DNA of 20,000 nucleotides, from IMG/VR virus record IMGVR_UViG_3300025849_000011; one strand, 5' to 3'. The notes below the pieces were generated by a model. That model was not told where the DNA came from. It did not search any database and worked only from the letters and a program-made list of their open reading frames with translations. The position numbers were made by a program, and so were the translations under genes. Shown here piece after piece: positions 8,834 to 17,500 of the stretch (position 1 is its first letter; the number at the start of each line of letters is the position of its first letter). The stretch is from an uncultured virus (IMG/VR IMGVR_UViG_3300025849_000011). Its lineage: Duplodnaviria > Heunggongvirae > Uroviricota > Caudoviricetes.

Positions 8834-10804
8834 ATGGCGTTTGGAACAGCAGTAAATGATGTTAGAGAAATAAACAGCAAAGAAATTGCTGATATTAATC
8901 TCAGAAGTATGGAGTTGAATAAATCAACACTTGATGAAATCAAAAAAGGTTTCACCAACTTAGAAAAATCTGTTAAAAAAATGAGTGGTGGAATACGAAT
9001 TCCTGGTTTGCAAAGTCTTACTGATATGGCAAAATCATTGACAATGATGCCTAAGACATTAGCAATGAACTTAGCAAATGCCATTACAGCACCGTTCAAA
9101 GCCCTTGCAACAACTCTTACCGCCCCATTTATAAAAGCATTTACATCTGTAAGAGATAGCCTAAAAGCCACATGGGAAGGAACTAAAAAATTATTTGGTG
9201 GTTTCTTTGGTTTCTTTGGAAGTATATTCGGAAGGTTTTTTGGTAAGGGTACTGATCCAAAACTAATGAGTGAAGTTAAAGACATAGGTAAAAGTATGTC
9301 TAATTTAGTTTCTATGTTTTCTAAATTTCTTGCAAATCAACAAATGTCAAGACTTGATGCGATTGAAGAAAAACGTGATAGAAAAAAGGTTGACGGCGCA
9401 CTCAGTAAAAAAGGTGTTATGCGTTCTGGAAATAGACAAGGTGGAATTCTTGGAAACCTAGCAAATATATCTGAAATTATGCAAGGGTTTGGTGGTTTTA
9501 CTGGGGCAATTTTAGCGACAGTTCTTGCTGGTGGTGCTGTTGCATTTCTAGTAGCAAGATTTAGAGATCAGTTAGGTATTGATCCCGGTTTCAGTATACT
9601 TGATGCTGTCAACAAAAAATCAGAAGAACTTTTTGGTATGCCTCTCTTTGGTGAGACAATGACTAGTGCTTTGAAATCAATCGGTGATGCTTTCGCTGAA
9701 GGTGGTGCTTTTGGTGTCTTGAAAGAAAGTGTGAATCAAATGCTCACTGCATTTCCATCTCTTCAAACCGCACTTGATGGTATGAAAACCATGTGGGAAG
9801 AGACAAAAATATTTTTTGAAGGTGTAGTACAGGGTTTAGGTCTTGGACCATTGAGAGATAAAATAACTGAGTTTATGAGTAAAGAATTTGGTATTGCGGA
9901 AATGACTGCATTAACGGCAGCAGTAATTGCGTTAGGTGGCCCTCTTAATTTATTAAGAATAGCAATGTCTGGATTAGGAGTTATTTTTAATACTGTAGGG
10001 TCATTCTTTACTGCTCGTAACACTAGTGCTTTAAAAGCACTCACAAGAGCAATTCTTAGTGGGGGATTAGGTGGTCTTGGTATTGATGGTGATGGTAAAA
10101 AACCAAGAGGGAAAAGAAGCAAATTTCAAAGATTTAAAAATATGTTTGGCTTTGGAATGGATGATGTATATGATATGAACCGTGGCGGTAAAAAAGGTGT
10201 TCAATTTGGAAGTAAAACTGCTGGAGGTGCATTATCTCTAGCAGAGTCTGCAAACATTGGAAAATTTGCAAAATTAGGTGGCCTTGCCAGAGGTATTCCA
10301 GTTGCTGGACAAGTTCTTGCTGCTGGTATGGCAGTATTTGATGGTGTTACTGGTGCAAGTGATGCTTTAAAAACATTTAAACCGCAAACTCTTACCGACA
10401 GTATTGAAGTGGGTATGGTTGGTGCTGCTGCTGGAATTACAAAAAGTTTTGCTGGATTAGCAGATATGACAACTGGCTTATTTGGATTTGATACCGACTT
10501 AGCAGGTGGTGTCACTGATATGAGAGATACTTTTTTAAAGTGGTCATTAGACACAAACGAAAAAGTAAAGGATATGACTGCTGTTCTACCTACTTCGCGT
10601 GAATTAGAACAAGCAGCAATATCAAATAGACTTTTGGTTGATAGAAATAAAGTTCCACATCCAAGCGGTGCAGTAATTATGGATAATTCAACTTCTTCTA
10701 ATATTCAACAAAATACTACCAATCTAAGTGGTGGTATGATGACCAGCGTAGCGAGTGGTGTTGATGGTGCGCTACGCTGGGCATTTCCTCATTATGGAAA
10801 TTAG
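8834..10804 (+). CDS. Probable tape measure / gp29-like protein
   Basis: 656 aa, Ala/Gly/Phe-rich with amphipathic-looking and hydrophobic segments, Asn/Ser-rich end, directly after gp26/gp51. Confidence 0.62.
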   Translation: MAFGTAVNDVREINSKEIADINLRSMELNKSTLDEIKKGFTNLEKSVKKMSGGIRIPGLQSLTDMAKSLTMMPKTLAMNLANAITAPFKALATTLTAPFIKAFTSVRDSLKATWEGTKKLFGGFFGFFGSIFGRFFGKGTDPKLMSEVKDIGKSMSNLVSMFSKFLANQQMSRLDAIEEKRDRKKVDGALSKKGVMRSGNRQGGILGNLANISEIMQGFGGFTGAILATVLAGGAVAFLVARFRDQLGIDPGFSILDAVNKKSEELFGMPLFGETMTSALKSIGDAFAEGGAFGVLKESVNQMLTAFPSLQTALDGMKTMWEETKIFFEGVVQGLGLGPLRDKITEFMSKEFGIAEMTALTAAVIALGGPLNLLRIAMSGLGVIFNTVGSFFTARNTSALKALTRAILSGGLGGLGIDGDGKKPRGKRSKFQRFKNMFGFGMDDVYDMNRGGKKGVQFGSKTAGGALSLAESANIGKFAKLGGLARGIPVAGQVLAAGMAVFDGVTGASDALKTFKPQTLTDSIEVGMVGAAAGITKSFAGLADMTTGLFGFDTDLAGGVTDMRDTFLKWSLDTNEKVKDMTAVLPTSRELEQAAISNRLLVDRNKVPHPSGAVIMDNSTSSNIQQNTTNLSGGMMTSVASGVDGALRWAFPHYGN

Positions 10805-11697
10805 TCTTCGTTAACTAGACTTGCGAAGTAATCCATAGTATTATCTTCGCCTTCTACTTCTGTCTTTTTAGGCGTGGCGAAGTCTGGAATATTATCATCC
10901 AATGCCGAAGCCTTTTCCTCACCCATTGAAGCAGTTTGTGCCATTGTTGGTTGAGGTGCAGTTTGACCAAGAACATTCCGCATCTTAGTTTCTAGTTCTG
11001 CATACGACTTATAGTTTTCTGGATCAGTAAACTCTGAAAGATCATAACACTTGTCATACACTTCTTCCAAGCGTTCATCACTATCCGATACTGCGCGTGA
11101 TGCAGCAAATTCAGATTTATCATAATTACGATAACCTTCAACATCACGAATTTTGAGTTTGAAATCCGCACCTTCCCACATACAAAATGGATTCATAGGT
11201 GTTTCATCTGCAAACTCTGGTGACCAAGCATCCATAAGTTTATCAAAGATTTTCTTACCATATTGGTACATGAAAACTTTGCCTTCATTTTCTGGATTTC
11301 CTGGATCAGAAACTACCAGAATATTTGAAACATGATGCAGCCGCCGCTTTTGACGCCGCGCTGTTTCTTTATCAGATTCAATACCACTATTCCAAAGTTT
11401 GGAATTGTATTCACCAACTGGGTCTTGTTGTTCAATTGAAGTCAAAGACTTCTCAATATACCATTTACCAGTTGGACCTTTAAAGGCATGATCCCAATAT
11501 CGTACAAAATGTACTTCAGAACCTTCTTTCCCATCTGGCAAGAAACGAATAACAGCATAACCATTATTCTGTTTATCAACAGTGGGTTTCCACATGCGTT
11601 CATCCACATAAGATTTTGTAGTGGTATTTGTTGCTGTTGCGGCAGCAGTTAATCGGTCAATCTGACCACGATTACGTTTTAGATTTGCAAAAGACAT
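10801..11697 (-). CDS. gp32: Single-stranded DNA-binding protein gp32
   Basis: DERMWKPTVDKQNNGYAVIRFLP, HAFKGPTGKWYIE, NEGKVFMYQYGKKIFDK, EGADFKLKIR..EGYRNYDKSEF and an acidic tail. Confidence 0.96.
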   Translation of the reverse strand: MSFANLKRNRGQIDRLTAAATATNTTTKSYVDERMWKPTVDKQNNGYAVIRFLPDGKEGSEVHFVRYWDHAFKGPTGKWYIEKSLTSIEQQDPVGEYNSKLWNSGIESDKETARRQKRRLHHVSNILVVSDPGNPENEGKVFMYQYGKKIFDKLMDAWSPEFADETPMNPFCMWEGADFKLKIRDVEGYRNYDKSEFAASRAVSDSDERLEEVYDKCYDLSEFTDPENYKSYAELETKMRNVLGQTAPQPTMAQTASMGEEKASALDDNIPDFATPKKTEVEGEDNTMDYFASLVNED

Positions 11698-11752
11698 ATT
11701 TTATTTCTCCATATATGCTGAATTATTGCTGTAATATTTTTAGTATAACTGT

Positions 11753-11781
11753 ATTATATCATATTTGTGTGTGTATGTCAA
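11753..11781 (-). promoter_or_regulatory. Sigma70 consensus promoter with extended -10 for gp32
   Basis: TTGACA-TACACACACAAATATGA (17 nt)-TATAAT; SD GGAG before ATG 11697. Confidence 0.85.
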
Positions 11782-11795
11782 CCATATTTATCAAA

Positions 11796-11990
11796 TTATT
11801 TTCTCTGAAAAATAATGGTCTCTTTACCAGTGTCTGGGTTTACTGATGGAATTGCAACGTGACCATCTGGCACAGGTTGTGTTCCTACATATTCCCAAGT
11901 TGTGCCTACTGCACGATTGGCTGGACCTGCGGCAAAAAACTCTTCATTATCATTTAGAAAGAGCATAGTAATCATGATTAGTTCAAACAT
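11796..11990 (-). CDS. Small hypothetical protein with hydrophobic N-terminus (64 aa)
   Basis: SD AAAGGA; start abuts the upstream stop codon. Confidence 0.7.
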   Translation of the reverse strand: MFELIMITMLFLNDNEEFFAAGPANRAVGTTWEYVGTQPVPDGHVAIPSVNPDTGKETIIFQRK

Positions 11991-12113
11991 TTATTTTCCT
12001 TTTATATGTTTATATAGTTCGTAGTAATAGTCAAAAGATATTGGGTAATTTTCTGGGTTTGGCAGTACTCCTTTAAACATCAATATAAATTCTTGTATCT
12101 CTTTATCTGTCAT
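11991..12113 (-). CDS. Small hypothetical protein (40 aa)
   Basis: Hand translation: MTDKEIQEFILMFKGVLPNPENYPISFDYYYELYKHIKGK*. Tiles exactly between its neighbours. Confidence 0.7.
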   Translation of the reverse strand: MTDKEIQEFILMFKGVLPNPENYPISFDYYYELYKHIKGK

Positions 12114-12279
12114 TTTCCATACTCTGTCTCTTATCACAGTAGATTGTCCACATATACCAAGAAGCCCCTAGAGGTAAAATAGCATTTAAATTAATTATTG
12201 GAGGTAATATTGTGATTACTGCTGGAAACATAAACATTGCCATGAGAGCCACTGCTATATAATCATACCACCGTATCAT
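12103..12279 (-). CDS. Small membrane protein (58 aa)
   Basis: Hand translation: MIRWYDYIAVALMAMFMFPAVITILPPIINLNAILPLGASWYMWTIYCDKRQSMENDR*. ATGA overlap with the gp33 stop. Confidence 0.7.
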   Translation of the reverse strand: MIRWYDYIAVALMAMFMFPAVITILPPIINLNAILPLGASWYMWTIYCDKRQSMENDR

Positions 12280-12506
12280 TCAAAAATCAATTCGTTTTGC
12301 TTTGGTAAAAAATTAAGACTCATCGCTTCTGCCTCAATCTTCTCCTTTATTACTGGTGATATGAATTTGCTCACATCCTCTGGTTCAAGTTCAGTAATGC
12401 TACATACCTCAACAACAGCATCAATATAACCTAGTTTTTTATCAATTACTTGTTCTTCTATTAGTTTGCTAAACTTTGCTCTATTCATAAAGTTTTTTTC
12501 TATCAT
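12276..12506 (-). CDS. gp33: Late-promoter transcription coactivator gp33
   Basis: FSKLIEEQV, GYIDAVVEVC and EPEDVSKFISPVIKEKIEAEAMSLNFL. Confidence 0.9.
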   Translation of the reverse strand: MIEKNFMNRAKFSKLIEEQVIDKKLGYIDAVVEVCSITELEPEDVSKFISPVIKEKIEAEAMSLNFLPKQNELIFE

Positions 12507-13609
12507 TTATTCATTGCCCTTAAAATTATGGTATCTTTATTAATCCTACCATTCGCGATGGTTGTTTTTGTGGTAAGACTAGACCACTCTTTGTTTATTT
12601 GGTTTGAAGTCTTTTTGAGTACCATTGGAATAAAGACCTCTGGTTTACGCAATTTTGTAACCCTTGATGCCCCAAAATCAACACCTTGAAGAGTCGTTCC
12701 TTTTACCTCAAAACCACAACTCTTTTCGCAAACCAATTCAGTTAATGCTCTAGTCTTTGCATTGAATAAATAAATTCTCATCGCTCCAATCAAAGATGTT
12801 GGGCTAATAGATGCTAGTTTAAACTCTACAGAGTCTTTTAAGTATTGAACCTTTGCTACTTGTTTTTCGGCAGACTTTACTACAGGTCTACGAGTCTTAC
12901 GAGTCGCCTTCTTTGCTGTCATATATTTTTCAATATCTGTAAGAATATTATCTACAAACTTTAAATATTTTTTCTGGTCACTTACTTTCATAGACGAATA
13001 GCCCTCAATAAGATCAGGAGTTTTTTTGTTTACTAATTCGTCCAATTCATCCCTTAATGGAATATAGTGATCATATGTTGCCTTTGCTGTAATGTAAGGA
13101 ACATCATGTTTTTTCATTTCACTATAAATAGAGAAATCTTTTTCATCTTTCCAATTATCAATAATAATTTCAATACCACCAATAAAATCACTAGTGCGTT
13201 CTTTAATAATTTCCGCTGGAGATTTTCTTGGAGTTGTAACAACTCCAATATTATCAGTTTTATTTAAAAGTTTACGCTTACCTAGCCGCAGAATTTCATT
13301 AACTTGTTTTGTAAGAACTTTTTCAGCATCCCACCAAGTAGGAAATTCTAATTGTAGTTCTGCCCATGCAATCGTTGCCGCTAAACCAGGAGATTGACTG
13401 ATTGCCCAATCTGGGGCTTGTAATGCTATCTTAGCATCTTCTTTAGATAAGGACTTCTTCACATGGTTTTTTATTTTTACAGCAATATCTTTTCTGTCAA
13501 CCTCTACTCTTATGTAATCGTTGAAATGCTGAAAGTTATCTGTTGGTGCAGCAGCAAATCCAGTTTTAGTTTTTCTAGAAAAAGATTTTCTTTTTTTTGA
13601 TCGTGCCAT
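12503..13609 (-). CDS. Hypothetical basic protein (368 aa), resembles uncharacterised proteins of T4-like phages
   Basis: Long ORF; SD AGGAG before ATG 13609; ATGA overlap with gp33; C-terminal GRINKDTIILR. Confidence 0.8.
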   Translation of the reverse strand: MARSKKRKSFSRKTKTGFAAAPTDNFQHFNDYIRVEVDRKDIAVKIKNHVKKSLSKEDAKIALQAPDWAISQSPGLAATIAWAELQLEFPTWWDAEKVLTKQVNEILRLGKRKLLNKTDNIGVVTTPRKSPAEIIKERTSDFIGGIEIIIDNWKDEKDFSIYSEMKKHDVPYITAKATYDHYIPLRDELDELVNKKTPDLIEGYSSMKVSDQKKYLKFVDNILTDIEKYMTAKKATRKTRRPVVKSAEKQVAKVQYLKDSVEFKLASISPTSLIGAMRIYLFNAKTRALTELVCEKSCGFEVKGTTLQGVDFGASRVTKLRKPEVFIPMVLKKTSNQINKEWSSLTTKTTIANGRINKDTIILRAMNK

Positions 13610-13638
13610 GTGATTCACTCCTAGTGATTATTGCCATA

Positions 13639-13667
13639 ATCCTAAACTATTTTTTAATGAAAGTCAA
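13639..13667 (-). promoter_or_regulatory. Sigma70-like promoter TTGACT-N17-TAGGAT
   Basis: Correct 17 nt spacing, upstream of the AGGAG SD and ATG 13609. Confidence 0.55.
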
Positions 13668-13901
13668 GTCTTCTTTTTCTAAAATCCATTCTGGTAATTG
13701 GATTAATTCTACTTCACCATCATCATGTTTCTTATAGACAACATAACCTTCATCGCAAAGTTTATCAACTGTATGATCAACAATTCTTTCTATCCTTTGA
13801 GTATCATACTTTTGAACTGCTGATTTAAGTCCTAGACGATAGGCAATAAAAAGCGCAAACGTGACGATTGCGCTTAATATATATTGGTCAATTACAATCA
13901 T
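13647..13901 (-). CDS. Hypothetical protein with N-terminal transmembrane helix
   Basis: Hydrophobic YILSAIVTFALFIAY; ATGA overlap with the upstream ORF. Confidence 0.75.
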   Translation of the reverse strand: MIVIDQYILSAIVTFALFIAYRLGLKSAVQKYDTQRIERIVDHTVDKLCDEGYVVYKKHDDGEVELIQLPEWILEKEDLTFIKK

Positions 13902-14152
13902 ACCATCCGCTCAAAAGAAATGAGTTTTGATGGTTTAAATGCTCTCCAAGCATTAGCATCTGTACACCAAACTGAAATACGATCTAGATCAAGGTCAACA
14001 GTATCAGATTCTTTTAATTTAGTACCAAACTCTGGTAGGTGATCTGCCATCAAAGTACAAGGCATAACACGATTGTCACCATTTACTTTTGTAAATGTGA
14101 CTTCATAAACTCCAGTTTGGAGTTGTTCAATAAGTTCTGATTTCGTTAGCAT
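13898..14152 (-). CDS. WYL_2/DUF2693-like Sm/SH3-fold protein
   Basis: VTFTKVNGDNRVMPCTL...VWCTDANAWRAFK pattern; SD GAAAGGA before ATG 14152. Confidence 0.72.
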   Translation of the reverse strand: MLTKSELIEQLQTGVYEVTFTKVNGDNRVMPCTLMADHLPEFGTKLKESDTVDLDLDRISVWCTDANAWRAFKPSKLISFERMV

Positions 14153-14177
14153 ATAGTTTCCTTTCATGATATACTGA

Positions 14178-14206
14178 ATTATATCATAGTTTGTTTAAGT
14201 TGTCAA
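14178..14206 (-). promoter_or_regulatory. Sigma70 consensus promoter with extended -10
   Basis: TTGACA-ACTTAAACAAACTATGA (17 nt)-TATAAT. Confidence 0.85.
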
Positions 14207-14219
14207 CTTATATTTTAAT

Positions 14220-14227
14220 TATTTATA
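14220..14227 (-). promoter_or_regulatory. Possible T4-type late promoter TATAAATA
   Basis: Perfect consensus, intergenic, sense orientation, 13 nt upstream of the -35 box. Confidence 0.45.
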
Positions 14228-14258
14228 CTTGACCACAAAGTTGAAAAATGGCCTAATA

Positions 14259-14459
14259 TTAGAAAGGGAATTCCCTTTTACCACCAGCAAGATTTTTTAT
14301 TCTTTGCTCTAAAAAACTTATGGTAGTATGAATATGACCACAATCATGTGGTTGAATTAGAGTCCTATAATACTCTATTTCTTCTTCTAGGATTTGTATT
14401 CGCACATTATCAATGTGTTTAATTGGTTCCCAAATATAGTTTTCATTCTCCATTCCCAT
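14259..14459 (-). CDS. Hypothetical protein
   Basis: 66 aa ORF tiling with its neighbours. Confidence 0.7.
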   Translation of the reverse strand: MGMENENYIWEPIKHIDNVRIQILEEEIEYYRTLIQPHDCGHIHTTISFLEQRIKNLAGGKREFPF

Positions 14460-14462
14460 TAA

Positions 14463-14729
14463 TTACGTTCCCCATTCACTTCTTGTTTTCATTGCTTCTA
14501 TAATAAACTCAACATGACTTTCAGTACAATTACCTACAACAGTATCATCACCAGTATGTGAAGGTAAGAGGTTTGCAAGTTTGTTCTTATAAAATGTACC
14601 TACTTCATATAAATCACGTTCTCTGCCATACCCATTATCTATGATAGATAATCCATAGTCACCAAACCGCACAACTGCGCGATTGCCACCGTTACTCATA
14701 GGTTCAAATTTTAACTCTGAAAATTTCAT
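14463..14729 (-). CDS. Phage hypothetical protein
   Basis: MKFSELKFEPM...VRFGDYGLSIIDNGYG...LYEVG; ATGA overlap with the upstream ORF. Confidence 0.75.
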   Translation of the reverse strand: MKFSELKFEPMSNGGNRAVVRFGDYGLSIIDNGYGRERDLYEVGTFYKNKLANLLPSHTGDDTVVGNCTESHVEFIIEAMKTRSEWGT

Positions 14730-14914
14730 AGTAAATGCCGTATATACAACTGTTCGCATAATAACTTAGGCTCCCATATTTTTGCAGTGATTTTTCCATT
14801 CTTTGGATAATCCCACATATCTTTGAATTTGTTAATTGCACAAAATTCACTTATTTCGCGGATGGTAGTTACGAACTTACCATCCACAAGAATTTCATAT
14901 ACTTCAGTTTTCAT
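14726..14914 (-). CDS. Hypothetical protein
   Basis: MKTEVYEILVDG..., starting in a TGATG overlap with the upstream stop. Confidence 0.55.
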   Translation of the reverse strand: MKTEVYEILVDGKFVTTIREISEFCAINKFKDMWDYPKNGKITAKIWEPKLLCEQLYIRHLL

Positions 14915-15261
14915 CAGCGAAGGTATCCCGGACCTGTCCAAGAAATGCTATACCCCCCATCAATAATATTTCCGCGAGATGAATTCCGCGCTGGAGTTTT
15001 CCAACCAGCCGCCATGAGAATGTCACCAAGATTGAATTTTTTATCGTCAGCAGTATTGACAATAAAACCCCACACTCCACCAGAACCATTTACAATTCTG
15101 ATATATTTTTTACCTACAGTGTAGGTAATTTTTTCTGCAAATTCTTTTTCCATTTTTGCTATATGGTCAGCAAGAGATGGATCAGAAGATTTTGATCGTG
15201 TCCCATAGTCTGCAATAATATCTGAAATCAGAGCATTTACATTAGAAGTGATATCAGTCAT
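14914..15261 (-). CDS. Early phage protein of unknown function
   Basis: GKKYIRIV..GGVWGFIV...GDILMAAGWKTPARNSSRGNI, a motif I recall from many phage proteins; has its own promoter cassette. Confidence 0.85.
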   Translation of the reverse strand: MTDITSNVNALISDIIADYGTRSKSSDPSLADHIAKMEKEFAEKITYTVGKKYIRIVNGSGGVWGFIVNTADDKKFNLGDILMAAGWKTPARNSSRGNIIDGGYSISWTGPGYLR

Positions 15262-15332
15262 TTGTTTGTCCTTTCAAGACTAAGTGATTCTCTTTACTTT
15301 TATAATATAGACAATTTTTACTTGATTGTCAA
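15262..15332 (-). promoter_or_regulatory. Early promoter/leader cassette, copy 1
   Basis: TTGACA-N17-TATATT-ATAAAAGTAAAGAGAATCA-CTTAGTCTTGAAAGGACAAACAA-ATG. Confidence 0.88.
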
Positions 15333-15335
15333 CCC

Positions 15336-15563
15336 CTATGCAAAGGGATTGATATAAAAACCAATAGGCAGTCCATAACCATTCTCACCCATATAATCGT
15401 CACGAATATCATCAAGTGTTATATGATGAACAGAACCGTTGTCCCACATTACATCAACCATAGTGCCTTGGGCTGTATCTTCCATTTTAGAAATTTGACC
15501 ATGCATCTCAGGAACTGTCGCTCCAAAATTTCCAATAATGTCTAAACCGATATGTACATTCAT
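15336..15563 (-). CDS. Hypothetical early protein (75 aa)
   Basis: Directly behind cassette copy 2 with a GAAAGG SD. Confidence 0.8.
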   Translation of the reverse strand: MNVHIGLDIIGNFGATVPEMHGQISKMEDTAQGTMVDVMWDNGSVHHITLDDIRDDYMGENGYGLPIGFYINPFA

Positions 15564-15630
15564 GGGGAAGCCCTTTCAAGACTGATTCTCTTTACTCTTA
15601 TAAACTAGCATAAGATATAAATATTGTCAA
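15564..15630 (-). promoter_or_regulatory. Early promoter/leader cassette, copy 2
   Basis: TTGACA-N17-TAGTTT-ATAAGAGTAAAGAGAATCA-GTCTTGAAAGGGCTTCCCC-ATG. The -35 box contains the guaC TGA stop. Confidence 0.88.
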
Positions 15631-16643
15631 GAGCCATAAACAGTATTATGTGTATTATTTACTCTTACAAATGTAGCGCATTTTGATAAATCTTTTAATC
15701 TGCTTGCGCCAACATAAGTACACGCTGATCTGATGCCAGATAAAATATCAATTAGTGTTAACTCCACCGGTCCTTTATGATCTACTGTGACGGTTTTACC
15801 TTCAACACCTCTATATTCTCTATGACCAACTTTATGTCTATCCATAGCAGAGCCTGATGCCATACCATAAAATTTCATTTTACCATTGTCTATAATACCA
15901 TCACATTCATCATGCCCAGCAAGCATACCACCAATCATTACAAAATCTGCACCAGCGGCAAATGCTTTCACCATATCACCAGAAGTAGTACATCCACCAT
16001 CTGCAATAATATGGGCATCCATACCGTGAGCCGCATCAGCACATTCAATAACAGCACTCAGTTGAGGCATACCAATACCAGTTTTAATTCTTGTTGTACA
16101 AACTGAACCAGGACCAACACCAACTTTTACAATGTCTGCACCAGCAAGAATTAGTTCTTGTGTCATATCAGCAGTGACAACATTACCCGCAATAATTGTA
16201 GCGTCTGGTTCTAAATCACGCATTTTCTTTACGGCATCTACAAAACTAATTGTGTAGCCATTGGCTACATCTAAACCAATAAAAAATGCTTCACTTGATT
16301 GGTATATTTTTTGAGTGTTTTGAATGTCAGTATCAGATATTCCACCCATAACGCATAAATTATCTGCCTTATGATGATTTCTAGTGGGCCATACACCTTC
16401 TGCATTATAATGTTTGGCGAGACAAGTTATCATATTATAATTGGTCAGCACATCTGCCATGGAAAATGTTCCTACGGTATCCATGTTTGATGCCATAATT
16501 GGAGTTCCCATCCAAGTTTTTTTACTATGTTTAAATTTGTATTTTCTCTCTAAATCAACATCATACCTTGAAGTTAGTGTTGATCTTTTTGGTCTAATAA
16601 GAACATCAGAATAATCAAGTTTCACATCATCATTAATTAGCAT
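15627..16643 (-). CDS. guaC: GMP reductase (type 1)
   Basis: [77 protein letters not shown] and [11 protein letters not shown]; no CBS insert. Start at ATG 16643 after an AAAGGA SD. Confidence 0.93.
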   Translation of the reverse strand: MLINDDVKLDYSDVLIRPKRSTLTSRYDVDLERKYKFKHSKKTWMGTPIMASNMDTVGTFSMADVLTNYNMITCLAKHYNAEGVWPTRNHHKADNLCVMGGISDTDIQNTQKIYQSSEAFFIGLDVANGYTISFVDAVKKMRDLEPDATIIAGNVVTADMTQELILAGADIVKVGVGPGSVCTTRIKTGIGMPQLSAVIECADAAHGMDAHIIADGGCTTSGDMVKAFAAGADFVMIGGMLAGHDECDGIIDNGKMKFYGMASGSAMDRHKVGHREYRGVEGKTVTVDHKGPVELTLIDILSGIRSACTYVGASRLKDLSKCATFVRVNNTHNTVYGS

Positions 16644-16926
16644 TATTTTTTCCTTTTTGCAATTCGTGTAAAGAGTCAATTACGATTGTTGGATATTCAC
16701 CAAGATAACTTCCTGCTTCAAGAACATCTCTATCTAGTAAATGTTTATGGTAATGCTCTAACTTATTCCATTCTTTTAAAATGTTTTTAGCCAAAGTATC
16801 AAAATAACTATCCGAAAAAATAGGATTAGATTCTTCATAATAAGCATATGATGCCATAAGATAATATGGTATCATCATATTAGGATTGTTCTTAATAATT
16901 TTATTAGCATGTTTCGCCAAGTTCAT
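16633..16926 (-). CDS. Stand-alone NAD-dependent DNA ligase domain Ia-like protein
   Basis: YLMASYAYYEESNPIFSDSYFDTL resembles the LigA Ia motif YY..D.P.ISD.EYD; no adenylation domain follows. Confidence 0.72.
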   Translation of the reverse strand: MNLAKHANKIIKNNPNMMIPYYLMASYAYYEESNPIFSDSYFDTLAKNILKEWNKLEHYHKHLLDRDVLEAGSYLGEYPTIVIDSLHELQKGKNNAN

Positions 16927-17153
16927 TTTTTAAATTTTCCAGTTACATAAGAACCCTCAGAAATATCGTAGGCGGCTATTATTTCTTTAAACATTTGTGG
17001 AGTTATTACAACAATATTGAAATCATCTTCTTTATCATACTGTCGTATATAGACATATTCTTCATCAAATATAAGTTCAACATCGTCTGCGTTATTGTGA
17101 TTATCTATAACAACCACTGTAGAGTAATCAAATTCATGTTCTACTGTAAACAT
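16923..17153 (-). CDS. Hypothetical acidic protein
   Basis: MFTVEHEFDYST...; SD GGAG; ATGA overlap with the downstream gene. Confidence 0.75.
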   Translation of the reverse strand: MFTVEHEFDYSTVVVIDNHNNADDVELIFDEEYVYIRQYDKEDDFNIVVITPQMFKEIIAAYDISEGSYVTGKFKK

Positions 17154-17154
17154 A

Positions 17155-17499
17155 TTATCTCCGCATATTAGCAGCATCAATTGCTGCATTTTTATTGTCT
17201 TTACGAATTGGCATTAGATTGCTCTTGTGTGTTGTAACGATACCAGCGATTTCATTCCCAGTATAAGATTGGGTTTCTTTTTTCAAACCATTTGAACAAA
17301 TACTATCTGAAGTTTGTGGCATTTTTCGGACACTTAAATCAGGCATATCCGAGCGGTAATTACTAGGCTTATCACTCACACCCATTTTTTTAAGAAATGC
17401 GTTATGTTCATTTTGTCGCTTTTGCCAACCAGCCGAGCGTTTCAGTTTACGTTTTTTTGTATTGTTTGAAGTCATACCTTGTATGAGATGCATAGCCAT
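17155..17499 (-). CDS. Basic phage hypothetical protein
   Basis: MAMHLIQG...YTGNEIAGIVTTHKSNLMPI...AANMRR. Confidence 0.8.
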   Translation of the reverse strand: MAMHLIQGMTSNNTKKRKLKRSAGWQKRQNEHNAFLKKMGVSDKPSNYRSDMPDLSVRKMPQTSDSICSNGLKKETQSYTGNEIAGIVTTHKSNLMPIRKDNKNAAIDAANMRR

Positions 17500-17500
17500 T

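Noticed and set aside
11766..11775. Short (TG)n run in the gp32 promoter spacer as a phase-variation tract
   Set aside because: Only about four units, too short to support slippage.
14904..15089. Same-strand alternative-frame ORF of 61 aa
   Set aside because: Almost entirely inside the better-supported 14914-15261 gene, with a non-ATG start and no evident SD.
13123..15623. Plus-strand TATAAATA at 13123-13130 and 15616-15623 as antisense late promoters
   Set aside because: No sense gene downstream, and a few chance matches are expected in such AT-rich DNA.
15627..16643. IMP dehydrogenase (guaB) assignment
   Set aside because: [29 protein letters not shown] and EGKTV fit GMP reductase, and there is no CBS subdomain.
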